Position numbers and translations under genes: made by a program. Shown piece after piece: positions 9,180-20,556 of a stretch of DNA of 64,000 bases. This stretch comes from an uncultured Nitrososphaerota archaeon. Its GTDB lineage: Archaea > Thermoproteota > Nitrososphaeria > Nitrososphaerales > CADDZS01. Every line of letters begins with the position of its first letter. The first letter of the stretch is position 1. A model generated the notes under the pieces. That model was not told the origin of the DNA. It did no database searches and saw nothing but the letters and a program-made list of their open reading frames with translations. Where the stretch lies: NCBI GenBank assembly GCA_963799845.1, contig CAWCYI010000006.1:256001-320000 (forward strand). Direction: 5' to 3'.

Positions 9180-9996
9180 AGGAGGCAGCCTTCTTTATCA
9201 AAGAACGTGTTTCTAATCCTTTAAGTCTAGCGGTACTTGCGGCTTGCAATACTTGTTCAGTAGTAAGGCTCCCTGGCATTCCCTTTTGTCCGGCGCAAAT
9301 ATTTCCTCGGTCGTCTGAAACGAAAGTAATCCTTGACTCCATCAACGCTTCTTCCTCTGAAGTTGGATCAACCAACAGATGGTCTCCAATACGAGCCATG
9401 GTTACTGACACTGGGACAGTCTGAATCGGAAGCGGAACCGTCTCATCAGTTTTCATCGGTTGACCTTTTTCATCAAGCACGTACTTTGGAATTTTCGCTG
9501 TCAGAAGAGAAGAGACCACAGCATACGAAGTCGCATCGAAAAGATTTCCATCCACATTCAGAATACTCACGTCGACAAATACTGCATAGACGTGCTTTCC
9601 CTCGACAAGAACTAATTTCGAAACATCGATCATTCCAGATTCGCGAATGCCTCTGTCCGAAACTCTTGCGAGTTCAATTGTACTCTCATCGGGCGGTCCC
9701 GGTTCAGCGTAGGGCGAAGCAAGAGGAAGAACTTCCGCACTAACAATAAGCAGCCCCTTGTCGGGAGTATCAGGAAACGGTGTTCCGAGATTGACTTTGA
9801 CCCCTGCTATGAGTTCCGTATTTCCAAGCTTGACTCTGGCAGATCCTTCAGCCTTTTCGATTATGTTTGTTTCAATCGTTAGTTCTCTCATGTCAGAGAG
9901 TCCACGACCATCGAGCCTCATTCCTCTGCTTAGAACCTCATTCATTTGTGCTCTTCTAAGCTGCTCGACAACGAAGATTTTCTTTACCGCCGACAT
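9172..9996 (-). CDS. rrp42: Exosome complex component Rrp42
   Basis: RLDGR, AEGSARVKLG, PFPDTP and DGNLFDA. Confidence 0.95.
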   Translation of the reverse strand: MSAVKKIFVVEQLRRAQMNEVLSRGMRLDGRGLSDMRELTIETNIIEKAEGSARVKLGNTELIAGVKVNLGTPFPDTPDKGLLIVSAEVLPLASPYAEPGPPDESTIELARVSDRGIRESGMIDVSKLVLVEGKHVYAVFVDVSILNVDGNLFDATSYAVVSSLLTAKIPKYVLDEKGQPMKTDETVPLPIQTVPVSVTMARIGDHLLVDPTSEEEALMESRITFVSDDRGNICAGQKGMPGSLTTEQVLQAASTARLKGLETRSLIKKAASYA

Positions 9997-10751
9997 TACT
10001 GTTCGACCTCCAAAGCTTTATCGTTTTTTCCGAAGTATCTTCCGATCAACGCTTCCCTCTGAAGCTGGTAGACCTTTCTACAACCATCGAGAGCCCAACC
10101 AAAAGCTTTGTTGAACTCCTCTTCGTTCAATTGACCGTCAAGTTGCAACAATGTGACCTGGTTTGTGGAAGGCATGATTGCTATAGGCAAGTCAGCCTGT
10201 CCTTCTTTATCCTCAATGTCATCGACATCTAGAACAACTTGACCTGCGACCTTACCCGCAGCACAGGCTGATACAAGGTCTTTCATATTAATCCCGGCAT
10301 CAGCAAGCGCCACCGAAGCGGCCGAAATCCCGGCACACCTTGAACCACCATCTGATTGCAGTACTTCCACGAAGACATCGATTGCGGTTCTCGGATAGTC
10401 TTCTAGCATGAGCGCCGGTTCAAGAGCTTCACGAATTACCTTCGAAATTTCTATTTCCCTCCTAGAGGGCGCCGGATTCTTTCTCTCGTCTGTCGAGAAA
10501 GGCGACATGTGATACCTACATCTTAGGACGCTCCTGTCCGGAAGCGCGCTATGTTTCGGATGAACTTCCTTGGGTCCGTAAACAGCCACCATGATCTTAT
10601 TTTTCCCGAATTGAATGAAGGCTGAACCGTCAGCATTCTTCAAAATTCCGACCTCTATCTTTATTGGCCGAAGTTCGTCGATTTTCCGGCCATCTAGGCG
10701 TTCCCCTTGTTCACTAATGAGACGAGTACTGTCTCCACCCTGTTTTCCCAT
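9996..10751 (-). CDS. rrp41: Exosome complex exonuclease Rrp41
   Basis: RLDGRxxDELR, VYGPKE, RRExEISKV and DGGSRC. Confidence 0.96.
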   Translation of the reverse strand: MGKQGGDSTRLISEQGERLDGRKIDELRPIKIEVGILKNADGSAFIQFGKNKIMVAVYGPKEVHPKHSALPDRSVLRCRYHMSPFSTDERKNPAPSRREIEISKVIREALEPALMLEDYPRTAIDVFVEVLQSDGGSRCAGISAASVALADAGINMKDLVSACAAGKVAGQVVLDVDDIEDKEGQADLPIAIMPSTNQVTLLQLDGQLNEEEFNKAFGWALDGCRKVYQLQREALIGRYFGKNDKALEVEQ

Positions 10752-10824
10752 TTTACTTTTTTCACCTAAATTTGATTCCTACGCTTCTTCCTTTAGCTAA
10801 CTGCTATTATCCGAATTGATGCAA

Positions 10825-11652
10825 TTACATACCTTCGACGGGCTGGTCGTGATTCTCCATTTCAGAAGTTCCCATTTCGTGCGTCTCTCCCTGTTCTTCT
10901 ACAGGTTGCACCTGAGAACTTTCAGACGTTTGCCCTAATTCGTCTGTCGTGGATTCATGCGATTCGTCTGCCTGAGGTTCTACGGTAATTCCAAGAAGAG
11001 TTTGAACTCGTTCAGTCAAATCTGGAGAATGTGCCTCCTCCTCCACAAGATTAACGGCGCGAATCGCCCTAATAGTATCATCCGGACTGCCAACTATGAC
11101 AACAACTCCATTTTGGCCAATTAACATCCTAGATTTCGTCCCCGCTTCAATAGTCTTTATCATAGAGCCTTTCTTCCCAATAAGCCGCGGGACTTTTGCG
11201 GGAGAGATTTTTACTACCTGGCCCCTTGGAATTCTTCCCAGGCCTGGTCCTGAGATCGAAAGTAAAGGATCTCTCGTCCTGTCAAAAGCGATAACGCGCG
11301 AAGCGATCATGTCGCCGACCTTCAGCTTGTCAGTTAGAGAGTCCTTTGCCGGCGAGTAATCTCTTCCAAAAACCGACGCCGCAGGCAATATTCCAAAAAA
11401 ACAAGAATTAATGTCCGCCTCCCAAGCGAACGCACTGTAATCGATTATCTTACCAACGACTAGATCGTCTATTCTCGGAATATAAGGACCCGAGAGCGCG
11501 ATAACTCGAACAACGTCATGACCAATCTCAGCCATTCCTACCCTTGTGGCTATTAGCTGATCATCGACCCTCATCACGTTTAGGTCGGCCCGCACATTCC
11601 CTCGGGCGACAACCTCGCCCGGAATTACGTATTTTCTCTTTATCTCTGGCAC
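10825..11652 (-). CDS. rrp4: Exosome RNA-binding subunit Rrp4
   Basis: S1 + KH domains (PRLIGKKGSMI, GQNG); acidic C-terminal tail. Confidence 0.95.
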   Translation of the reverse strand: MPEIKRKYVIPGEVVARGNVRADLNVMRVDDQLIATRVGMAEIGHDVVRVIALSGPYIPRIDDLVVGKIIDYSAFAWEADINSCFFGILPAASVFGRDYSPAKDSLTDKLKVGDMIASRVIAFDRTRDPLLSISGPGLGRIPRGQVVKISPAKVPRLIGKKGSMIKTIEAGTKSRMLIGQNGVVVIVGSPDDTIRAIRAVNLVEEEAHSPDLTERVQTLLGITVEPQADESHESTTDELGQTSESSQVQPVEEQGETHEMGTSEMENHDQPVEGM

Positions 11653-11691
11653 GAGTTTTCACTTTAAATTCTACAGTAGATTAACTTTGAC

Positions 11692-12381
11692 CTAACGAAG
11701 CACAGAGGCTTGAGCGGTTCCCTTTGACAAAGAGCCGAGCCGATCCAGAAGAGTAGAATGAACTCCGGCAGGAATCTCTATTATGACCGTGAGGCCTCCA
11801 TCACCGCCCCATTCTTCCTTCACTATATCGCCGACCCCCTTCAAAGCTCCGAAAGACTGCGAGGCGTACTGGGCGGGAACCTTGATTAGCATCTTAATTC
11901 TCTCGGACTTCAAAGGCAAAATTCCCCTTAGCTGATCTATCACATTTTTCGTCTGCTCCCCCACATCCTTGAATGGATCTATCGTAATTCTAACTTCGGC
12001 CATTGCCTGCTCGATCCGCAGCGGAGGATGCGGTAAACCTGATCTTGGATCGACGTAATTCCTTGAAATCGCAACTACTATCTGCTTACGCTTCTCCTCG
12101 ACCAACCGTCTCCTCTGATCCGTAGTCAAGTTAATATCACCTTTTCGCAAAATAACTTCAGCGATCTGTAGGAAGTTGGTTGTCTTGAAAATCTTCGCTA
12201 GTTTCTCGGCAGGAACTCTCAAACCTTTATTGGCGTCTGAATAAACTTCGTCAACAGCAACTATCTGTGAAACTTCGACATTCCGACCGAATTTGAAATC
12301 GAGCGCAGGATCTGGGTGAACAAGAATCTCAAAATGCTCTCCGCCAGTGGACAGCCTCACTATGCTAAATTTTGAAGACAA
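11692..12381 (-). CDS. Ribosome maturation protein SBDS/Sdo1
   Basis: GEHFEILVHP and DPRxxLPHPPxRIE. Confidence 0.95.
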   Translation of the reverse strand: MSSKFSIVRLSTGGEHFEILVHPDPALDFKFGRNVEVSQIVAVDEVYSDANKGLRVPAEKLAKIFKTTNFLQIAEVILRKGDINLTTDQRRRLVEEKRKQIVVAISRNYVDPRSGLPHPPLRIEQAMAEVRITIDPFKDVGEQTKNVIDQLRGILPLKSERIKMLIKVPAQYASQSFGALKGVGDIVKEEWGGDGGLTVIIEIPAGVHSTLLDRLGSLSKGTAQASVLR

Positions 12382-12501
12382 AACAGATCAGTTCTCGGTA
12401 TGATAATTAACTGCTCGAATACAGCTTCGTAAAAACCTTAGCCCAAGGATCTTCTCGGGCCATGAACGGATTATCGCCTTTTTCTCGTACATTCGTGCTT
12501 A

Positions 12502-13242
12502 TTACGAAGGAGGTTGCTTGGATGACCTTTGCTTTGCCTTGTCTGCATAGCCATCAATTTCAGAATCAGTGAGACGCCTCATTTGCTTTGTTTCAACTGG
12601 AACTACTGCCATCTTAATGTGCCTAGTTCCGATTTTGTCTTCACTGACCAAGTAAATCGATTCAACAGCGAGTGTCAAGGCATCATCAACGGAAATATCT
12701 TCTCTGTATCTTTGTTCCAAATACTCGCCAACCTGATCCGCACCTGCCCCAATCGCAATAGCATAATAACCGACATACGTACCGCTTGGATCCGTCAAGA
12801 ATAACTGAGGTCCATTAGAATCAACTCCAGCGATGATCAAAGACACACCAAACGGCCTCACACCAGCATACTGGGTGTACTGCTGACATTGATCCGATAG
12901 TCGCTTTGCAACGGATTCGACATCAACAGGCTCGTCGTAGACTAATTTGTTGCTTTGAGCGACAATTCTGGCTTGATCAACTTGAACCCTAGCATCCGGA
13001 ATATAACCGGCTGCTGCAACTCCCAAGTGATCATCAACTTGGAATATCTTTTGCGTTTCACCAGGAGTTTGAAGTTTTCTTGGCCTCTCTTCAACCGCGA
13101 GAATAACGCCGTATTTTGTCCTAACACCAACGGCTAAAGTGCCTCGACGAACTGTTTCAATAGCATATTCAACTTGATATAAACGACCATCTGGAGAAAA
13201 GACAGTGATGGCCCGGTCATAACCTGCAGCTGCGGGAAACAT
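12502..13242 (-). CDS. psmA: Proteasome alpha subunit
   Basis: YDRAITVFSPDGRLYQVEYA and RPFGVSL. Confidence 0.97.
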   Translation of the reverse strand: MFPAAAGYDRAITVFSPDGRLYQVEYAIETVRRGTLAVGVRTKYGVILAVEERPRKLQTPGETQKIFQVDDHLGVAAAGYIPDARVQVDQARIVAQSNKLVYDEPVDVESVAKRLSDQCQQYTQYAGVRPFGVSLIIAGVDSNGPQLFLTDPSGTYVGYYAIAIGAGADQVGEYLEQRYREDISVDDALTLAVESIYLVSEDKIGTRHIKMAVVPVETKQMRRLTDSEIDGYADKAKQRSSKQPPS

Positions 13243-13331
13243 ACTCGAAAACCTAAATCACATCGTCTTAACCGTGAATTTAAACCTTACAGACGATCGG
13301 AAAAGATCAAGGGAAGAAAATAAAAATCTTT

Positions 13332-13844
13332 TTGGAAGTCTCATTCTACCGAGCTGTGAACACAATTTCCAACAATGATGTCTTGTCAGAGATAGTCCAA
13401 TTTCGAGGCCATCGGAATGTACTTGGCAATCATCGAAATACTCTAGAGATCACAAAAGATTCTGAGATTTCGCGACGTGCTGATTGTATTGTCGGAGTGG
13501 AAGCCGACAAGGCGTGTGCAGATCTGCGAAGAAAATTAGTTGAACATATCAGGTCCAGAGGCATGTTAAGACTCGCTATTACAGTGAAGCATCTCAACTT
13601 TGTTTTCTACGGATCAGGTAATTCAGAGCTGCAATTAACGGATCCGATGGAGATGGTATTTCGGAAATCAGGTTTCATAAGCTCTAGGACGATTGCTTTA
13701 CAGTGCGATGCGGCAGCCATTGACTTGCCCCGTGAAATGATTCATCTTCTTCAGGATCCAAATACAATCGGTTCCTTACAAATTGATGCTCTGTCCGAGC
13801 GGTCTTCTGCTGACCAAGAAATCCCCCAAATAGAGTTCGTTTGA
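13332..13844 (+). CDS. DUF371 family protein
   Basis: GHxNVxxxHxxTLEITKD...DCIVGV...VFRKS..RT..AAxDL; true start may be slightly downstream. Confidence 0.85.
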   Translation: MEVSFYRAVNTISNNDVLSEIVQFRGHRNVLGNHRNTLEITKDSEISRRADCIVGVEADKACADLRRKLVEHIRSRGMLRLAITVKHLNFVFYGSGNSELQLTDPMEMVFRKSGFISSRTIALQCDAAAIDLPREMIHLLQDPNTIGSLQIDALSERSSADQEIPQIEFV

Positions 13845-13872
13845 TCTAATCAAAACTTTATGTTGATAATTA

Positions 13873-14796
13873 ATGGTTTATCCTCAGATAGATATCTCCG
13901 GCGCGAATCTTTGTCCCAACACGACAATGGATTCGGGTCAGGTGTTCAGATGGAGGAGCTTGGATGATTCCCTCGACCGGTGGGTTGGTGTCGTTGGCGG
14001 TAATTTGATCAAGGTTTCAAGACATTCTGCGACTCTACTGGGAACCATCAGGTCGAGCACGAATTTCTCAGAATTAATAGAACGATATTTTTCAATTCGT
14101 GATGATCTAAGACAAGCGTTTTCGACGTTTCCGACAGATGATTCATTCCTTTCGTCTGCCCTATCAAAATTCTCTGGATTGAGATTGTTGACTCAAGATC
14201 CGTGGGAGTGTCTTATCTCCTTCGTGTGTTCAATTAATTGCAACATTCCATCAATAAAACAGAAGATCGAGAACTTATCAAGGCGCTTTGGGGCAAGAAT
14301 CGAGTCAGGACTTTCCGAAAAATTTTACTCATTTCCCACGGCGCGTGCTCTGTCAAAGGCAGAAAAAAATGACCTGCTCTCTTGCAAGTTAGGTTTCCGT
14401 TGGAGGTACGTTAAGTTCATCGCTGAACAGGTGGAGAAAGGAACGCTAGACCTCGACCGAATAAGCGATTTGCCCTACAAGAAGGCCCTCAACGAATTGA
14501 TGAGCAAGACCTCTGGCAAGACTTTTGGAGTCGGTCCCAAAGTTGCGGATTGTGTCTTGCTTTATTCGTTCCACAAAACTGAAGCATTTCCGTTGGACGT
14601 ATGGATAATGAAGTACGTAAATCGAATTTGTGAAATAGAATTGGAGACAATTCCCAAATCTCTTACCCTAAAGAATTATTTTTTGATCGGTGACATAATG
14701 AGAAAGAAATTTGGAATAAATGCGGGTTACGCGCAGTTGTATCTTTACGAGAAAATTAGACGTGACGGGTTTACTCAAAATACAGTGCAGGCTTGA
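13873..14796 (+). CDS. ogg: 8-oxoguanine DNA glycosylase (Ogg1 type, HhH-GPD)
   Basis: SGQVFRW, QDPWECLISF, GVGPKVADC, FPLDVW and AGYAQLYL. Confidence 0.92.
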   Translation: MVYPQIDISGANLCPNTTMDSGQVFRWRSLDDSLDRWVGVVGGNLIKVSRHSATLLGTIRSSTNFSELIERYFSIRDDLRQAFSTFPTDDSFLSSALSKFSGLRLLTQDPWECLISFVCSINCNIPSIKQKIENLSRRFGARIESGLSEKFYSFPTARALSKAEKNDLLSCKLGFRWRYVKFIAEQVEKGTLDLDRISDLPYKKALNELMSKTSGKTFGVGPKVADCVLLYSFHKTEAFPLDVWIMKYVNRICEIELETIPKSLTLKNYFLIGDIMRKKFGINAGYAQLYLYEKIRRDGFTQNTVQA

Positions 14797-17668
14797 ATGG
14801 GAGGGCAAAAGACACTTTGTTCTTTGGATCGTAGATATTTTGCTCATCATTACCCTGCACGTTGACGCTAACGCCTAAACGACTGCCGAGATATTTTTGA
14901 GCTGCCTCATAAGCCAATTTTTCATCTAGGTGCTTTGACTTTCTGTAGTTCTCAAGAAAATCCTCGCCAAGCTCATTGATCGTCTTAGACAGCCTGTTCA
15001 GGGTGTTTGCAACCAACTTTTTGTCTATACCCGGATGAGTCGAAAAGAACTTCCTTAGAGTTTCGCTTGTTTTCTCGCTAGTCTTTCTTCCCTCAAGCAG
15101 TTGGTCGAATAGACCGTAAGCCCAATCGGGTGAGCAGTAGATGTAGAGAGACCGGGGCTTTAATGTCATTAGTTTCAAAATGTTGTTTGAATCCTCGATC
15201 AATCTCTCAAGTAAGGATTCGGATAACTCAGATTCTGGATGCATTCGAACCTGCTCTACGTGTGGAAAACTAGACTCACACACCATTTTTTCTCGTCCCA
15301 GCTCCTGATAGATTTCCTCTACTGTATAGGGAATAAATGGAGCAAGAAGCTTATCCAGCAATCGATCGCGTATTCAATGACTTTTGCGTTTCGGTTTTCG
15401 CTACGGGAATTATAGTAACGAAGGTCATTCCAGTAAGAGTAAAACACTTCCTGAAATCCCGATTTTGTCTTCATTAGATCTAAGTTGGCGGATATACTTC
15501 CTATGTGCTTCTGGATTCGATTTTCGAGCCACAGATCAATCGACTCCATACTGTCGGTCTTTGATGCGGCTGATTCCGACATCGATCGGATAAAGCTTGG
15601 AAGAGCATTAATCTTTCCCTGAACATCCCTTGCATTTTTCTCTCGCCAGTCCATATCATCGAGACCCTCAGCGCCTTCCATCAGAGCAGATCGGAGCGCA
15701 TCTGCACCGTAAATTTCTAGGGCATTTGAGAGCGTAATGACATTTCCCTTGCTTTTGCTCATTTTCTCCCCTTCCACCATCATCATTCCGTTGGCGGAAA
15801 TTCCAGTCGGCCAAAGAGAACGCGGAAAGAAAGCTACGTGCTGAAACACGAAAAACATGAGGTGATTTGGAATTCAGCTCCTTTGCAGAGTTTCTCAAAT
15901 TTACCGGATACCAATAGAGAAACTCGTTTCTCATCTCTTGAATTAATTGAGCCGCGAGGCGAACCTTCCCGGACAACATTCTTGCGTCTCCATCTCCAAG
16001 AAATACGTAATTGAAAAAATCATCCGTTAGAGATTCTGGCTCAATACTGTTGGAGACAAGAAGCGGCCTGATAGTATAATACGCCATGTAAATCGTAGAA
16101 TCACTTAGCGTTTCAACTATCCAGCCGGGAGACCACGGAAGAGGAGTCCCTAGCCCAACCCTTCTCGCACATGGCCAATCTTTGATCCAGTCGATTACGT
16201 CATGGAACCATTGCCTCGTGCTCTCAGGGTACATCTGTGCACTATCTACGCATTCATGAGCTAGCTTTTTCCATTCAGGATCGGAATACTTCAGGAACCA
16301 TTGATCCTCTAGGATTTTAACACGGCATACTGTAAGGCACCTGCAAACGACTTTTTCAGGAAGATCATACATGGAATCAGCGAGACCCTTTTCCTTAAAA
16401 TCCTGAATAATCAAAGGCTTGGCTTCTGCCACTTTTCGTCCTTTGTATTTCCCAGTGTTTTCCATGAGAATTCCCTGATGGAATTCTCGTTTGTAAAGCA
16501 CCGCGGTAGCGTCATGAACCTTTTGATCTAGTTGATCTTTAACTTGCATTTCATCGACGATCTCTTGTGCCGGAAATTCTCCCATTCCCTTTACCGAGAT
16601 CAGCGAAACTGGTGAGACCTTCTGAACAGTGCTGGAATCCAGATGATATTTTCTTTGCTCATCAAAATTTGATTTCAAATCTTTCAAAGCGATATAGTCC
16701 ATCGGTGCATGCGCCGGAACGCTGTATACTACACCCGTTCCATTGCTGGGTTCGACAAATTTCGCCGGAAAAATGGGAAGCGTCTTTTCACTGTAGAGCG
16801 GATGGATAACATTCTTCCCGATTAATTTGCTTCCTAGAAAACTTCTCTGAATTACAATTGCCCTGAGCTGATCTTTGAGCTTGTCAGCAGCTTCAGCACT
16901 CACGATCCAGCTGCTGCCGCCATCAATTGAAATCTCAGAATATTCCGAATCGGGATTTATCCAGAGATTAGTGACCCCAAAGATTGTCTCAGGTCTGAAA
17001 GTGGCAGCCGGCAGAAAAGTATGGGCTCCTTCAAGTTTAAACAGAACAAGTGTATATTCCTCCCATTGCACTCCCTGTCCTTCTAATCTATCATGATCAC
17101 CCGTTGGACTTTGATCTCTAGGACACCATACAACAGGATGTGTACCCTGAGTAACAAAACCCATCTGCCGCAGCTTGTTATATTGCCATAGGACGAATTT
17201 GTTGAAGGTCGGTTCAAGATCAGTTGTGTGAAACTCTCTTCGCCAATCTATAGAAAGTGCGAGTCTCTGTAAGGCAGTCCTGCCAGAGTCCGTATAGTAC
17301 TGGGCCATGAATTTTGGATCGTAAAACTTTGGCAGATCTTCCTTCGGCACCTTGTCAATTTCGACAAACTCGGTGATCATTGCTCTGTCACCTTTGGACA
17401 GTCTCTCCGCAGCGGCTACTATTGGTTGTCCTGTCCAGTGCCAAGCCCATGGAAATAACACGTTGTAACCTTGCATTCGCTTGTACCGAGCAAAAACATC
17501 TACCCTGGTTGCAGTGAATCCGTGCCCTAAATGGAGAGGTCCGTTCATGTAGGGGAAAGGAAACGTGACCATCTTCTTTTCTCTAGAAAGATTGCGCTCG
17601 GGTTCGAAGACTCTATTTTCTTGCCACCTAGAAATCCATTTGTCTTCAATAGCACGGTCCATGTCCAA
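14771..17668 (-). CDS. leuS: Leucine--tRNA ligase (apparent frameshifts at ~15875 and ~15352)
   Basis: PYMNGxLHLGH (HIGH), KMSKS, C-terminal ALPFKPALY; three ORF-track pieces join into 965 aa. Confidence 0.95.
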
Positions 17669-17698
17669 CCTAGTCCTCAGGTAAATTGACGCAGAATG

Positions 17699-20467
17699 TT
17701 AGGATTGGCCTTCGATTTGATATAACAAAATCGCTTGAAAGTCGGGCAATACTTCGGGTTTCTTGGCAGCTCCGCCTTGAGCGAATCTTGCATCTCCTCC
17801 CCCGGAACCGCCTAGAGCCTTTGCAATCTCGCGCGCTAGAGATCCCGCTTTCACTCCTTTCTTCTGGACGTCCTCCCCGCAGAAAACGATTAACCTGACT
17901 CCAGAATTTTCTTCAAATAGGGAGAGATAAATCAAAGATGGACTGGACTTGGACAATCGGTCGCCCACTATGGTGTGATATTCAGAATCGAGCCCCTCTT
18001 CAAAGGCGGAGAGATAGTAGCCAAGACCGTTGGAAAGTTTTATGCTAAGTTGAGGTATTTCGTTGATCATGAGATCAGCCAGCTTCTTGGCTAGCTGTTT
18101 AGAAGTCCTTCTTGCAATTTCTTCGTTCTTTTGCACTCTCGAAATAGAAGCAGTTAATTTTTCGACCGGTGTTTCGAGTTTTGACGAAGCCACAGCCAAT
18201 ATTGATTCTTGGTTTTCAACAAAATTTACAGCCGCCTCGCCTGCAACATACTCCAAACGCTCGACACCGTCCTGAACTCGTTCCGATTTTACGATCTTGA
18301 TCAAACCAACGTCTCCGGTTCTGGTACAATGAGTTCCACCGCAGGCTTCAATGTCCCAGCCCTCAATGTTTACAACCCTGAGTTCGCTTACCGGCGCGGC
18401 TCCTCCCTGGTATAGACGAAAACCGTATTCTTTTTCAGCCACCGATCGAGGCATCCACTTTATCACAACTGGGAGGTTACGCCTGACCACCTCATTTGCC
18501 ATTCTTTCGATTTCAAGTGCTTGGTCTCTAGACAAATGTGCAAAATGAGTGATATCCAATCTCGCCATGTTTTCATCTTTGTAAGCTGAATGTTGCCAAA
18601 CCCACGGACCCAAGATTTTCCTTGCGGATCCGTTGACTATGTGAGTGGCAGTGTGGTGCCGCATTATAAGGGAGCGACGTCTTGAATCAACTTTACCCTC
18701 CACCCGATCTCCAACGGAAATTCGACCTGAAAGTTCGGGAACATGGTGTAGAACGACGCTCTTGATTTTGAAAACGTCATCAACAAAAAGATCATTTATT
18801 GTTCCATGATCAGGCTCTTGACCACCTGCCCTCGCGTAGAAAGCAGTCGAATCAAGAACGACATAATCGTTTGAAACAATCTCAAGAACTTTGGCGCTGA
18901 AATCAAATTGATCCCTGTTTCGGTAGAAGATCAGGTCTGTCGGAGAGCTCGTCGTTAGCTCAAATGCTTGCGCCTTTTCCCGTTCTATTGATTCAATTTC
19001 TGATTCCTTCGGATCATCCATGTGCCGGGAAGTTATCTTGCTGTAAAAATCTGGAGGTATAGTAATCTTGAGGCCGCTTGCAGTAAGGAATTCAGGCGTT
19101 ATTCCTTCGCTATCATAAAGTTGAACGAGCTCCTCAGATCCGAGTTTCGAGTTTTTCTTTCGCAGATTTTCGACTACTTTCGAAGATCTCTCTTTCGTGA
19201 TTGAATATTTTTTCTTCTCAACTTCAAGGATTGTTCTGACATCATCCTCGTGTTCCGTCAACTCGGGATATATTGGTTTGAGAAATTCGGCATGCCAACG
19301 AGCCAAATCATCAATTTCGACATCCAGATCAAGTTCGTTTATGAAATCTAGAGCTCTTCTAAGAATAACCCGAAGATTATAGCCGCCACCCACATTTCCT
19401 GGAAGCATACCGTCGGAAATTGCGAACAGGAGAGTCCTAGCATGGTCGACGATTGAATAGATACCCTGAATTTGCCGTATTTTAGACCGGAAAAGTGGTT
19501 CGGGCATCTTGAGTTGCCTTGCAAGATCTGAATAATCTTCAACGACTCCTTTGAATTGATCTATATCGAGAGAGCCAGCGAGCCGGAAGTACTCATCTAG
19601 AGAATGATCAACTTCCATACTGAGTCCATTCTCAGTCCTTAATTTGTCAAGCACCGTTCGAAAAACGGATTCATAACAATTGAATGTTCCTTGCGACAGC
19701 CAGACAAGTCGGTCAAATCCCAACCCCATGTCAATAATTTTCTCGTCGTATTCTTTGAAATTCTCAGGAGTTCCTTCGTAGGCAGTAAAAACCGCGTTAC
19801 CCAATTCAGCACCCCTTACAAAGTATTCGAGACTGTATCCGAACGCGCCAGGGCCGAGCCAGACGTCCTCCTTGAATACTATTTCCTCTTTCTTTATTCC
19901 GAATTCTGAATTGAGTAATTCAAAATCAAGATCTATGCATTTATCCTTCCAGTAACCCTTTGAATTCGCCACGGCTTGCTGGCCAACCATGCAAAATGAA
20001 GTCAGGTGTCTTCCTGTAATGCCGACATTGGCAATATCAGAAAATCGTAGACACATTTGTGGGACGACCAGAGGGTTAGCTGGAAAATCGAATACAACTT
20101 TACCCGATTCGATTCTTTGGAAATCTACAATAGAAGCAATTGTAAAATAAAGGTCAGGCCTCCACCTGCAAACCACAGGGTATCTCGGGATTGATTCATG
20201 TCCATTTTTCTTGAAGAATCTTTCAATCGTCTTCCAACCTGTAACATAATCAAAGGCTTTTGAAGTGGCGGGATTTCCCAAGAACTCGTACGGCTGGCAG
20301 GTTGGGTCACCACAAAGGACTCTATTCTGGTCGAGCGTCCAGAAGAATAAACCACATTTAGGGCATTTCTTTCTCAAGAACCCAAGTTCATCAAATAGCC
20401 GCACGCGATAATACCTGTCGGGATCGGCTGAGAATCGTTCTCGAAGTAGCTCCTTCCCTAATGGCAT
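17699..20467 (-). CDS. alaS: Alanine--tRNA ligase (archaeal type)
   Basis: WRPDLYFTIASI, GRHLTSF, HHTATH...CGGTH editing motifs, GGSGGG; start at ATG 20467. Confidence 0.96.
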   Translation of the reverse strand: MPLGKELLRERFSADPDRYYRVRLFDELGFLRKKCPKCGLFFWTLDQNRVLCGDPTCQPYEFLGNPATSKAFDYVTGWKTIERFFKKNGHESIPRYPVVCRWRPDLYFTIASIVDFQRIESGKVVFDFPANPLVVPQMCLRFSDIANVGITGRHLTSFCMVGQQAVANSKGYWKDKCIDLDFELLNSEFGIKKEEIVFKEDVWLGPGAFGYSLEYFVRGAELGNAVFTAYEGTPENFKEYDEKIIDMGLGFDRLVWLSQGTFNCYESVFRTVLDKLRTENGLSMEVDHSLDEYFRLAGSLDIDQFKGVVEDYSDLARQLKMPEPLFRSKIRQIQGIYSIVDHARTLLFAISDGMLPGNVGGGYNLRVILRRALDFINELDLDVEIDDLARWHAEFLKPIYPELTEHEDDVRTILEVEKKKYSITKERSSKVVENLRKKNSKLGSEELVQLYDSEGITPEFLTASGLKITIPPDFYSKITSRHMDDPKESEIESIEREKAQAFELTTSSPTDLIFYRNRDQFDFSAKVLEIVSNDYVVLDSTAFYARAGGQEPDHGTINDLFVDDVFKIKSVVLHHVPELSGRISVGDRVEGKVDSRRRSLIMRHHTATHIVNGSARKILGPWVWQHSAYKDENMARLDITHFAHLSRDQALEIERMANEVVRRNLPVVIKWMPRSVAEKEYGFRLYQGGAAPVSELRVVNIEGWDIEACGGTHCTRTGDVGLIKIVKSERVQDGVERLEYVAGEAAVNFVENQESILAVASSKLETPVEKLTASISRVQKNEEIARRTSKQLAKKLADLMINEIPQLSIKLSNGLGYYLSAFEEGLDSEYHTIVGDRLSKSSPSLIYLSLFEENSGVRLIVFCGEDVQKKGVKAGSLAREIAKALGGSGGGDARFAQGGAAKKPEVLPDFQAILLYQIEGQS

Positions 20468-20556
20468 TGACAGGATACCTTCGGTTATTAACTGAAAAGT
20501 TTGCACTAGTTTATTTATTGATTAAGTTCAAACTGCTTGAAAAAATTCGAGAAGGA

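Noticed and set aside
14771-17668. leuS, dnaJ, grpE, topA, pus10, rsmA and pfdB as pseudogenes, split genes or programmed frameshifts
   Set aside because: They are otherwise intact housekeeping genes, each break is repaired by one base at AGCT/GATC, and there are no slippery heptamers or stimulatory structures; systematic sequencing error is far more parsimonious
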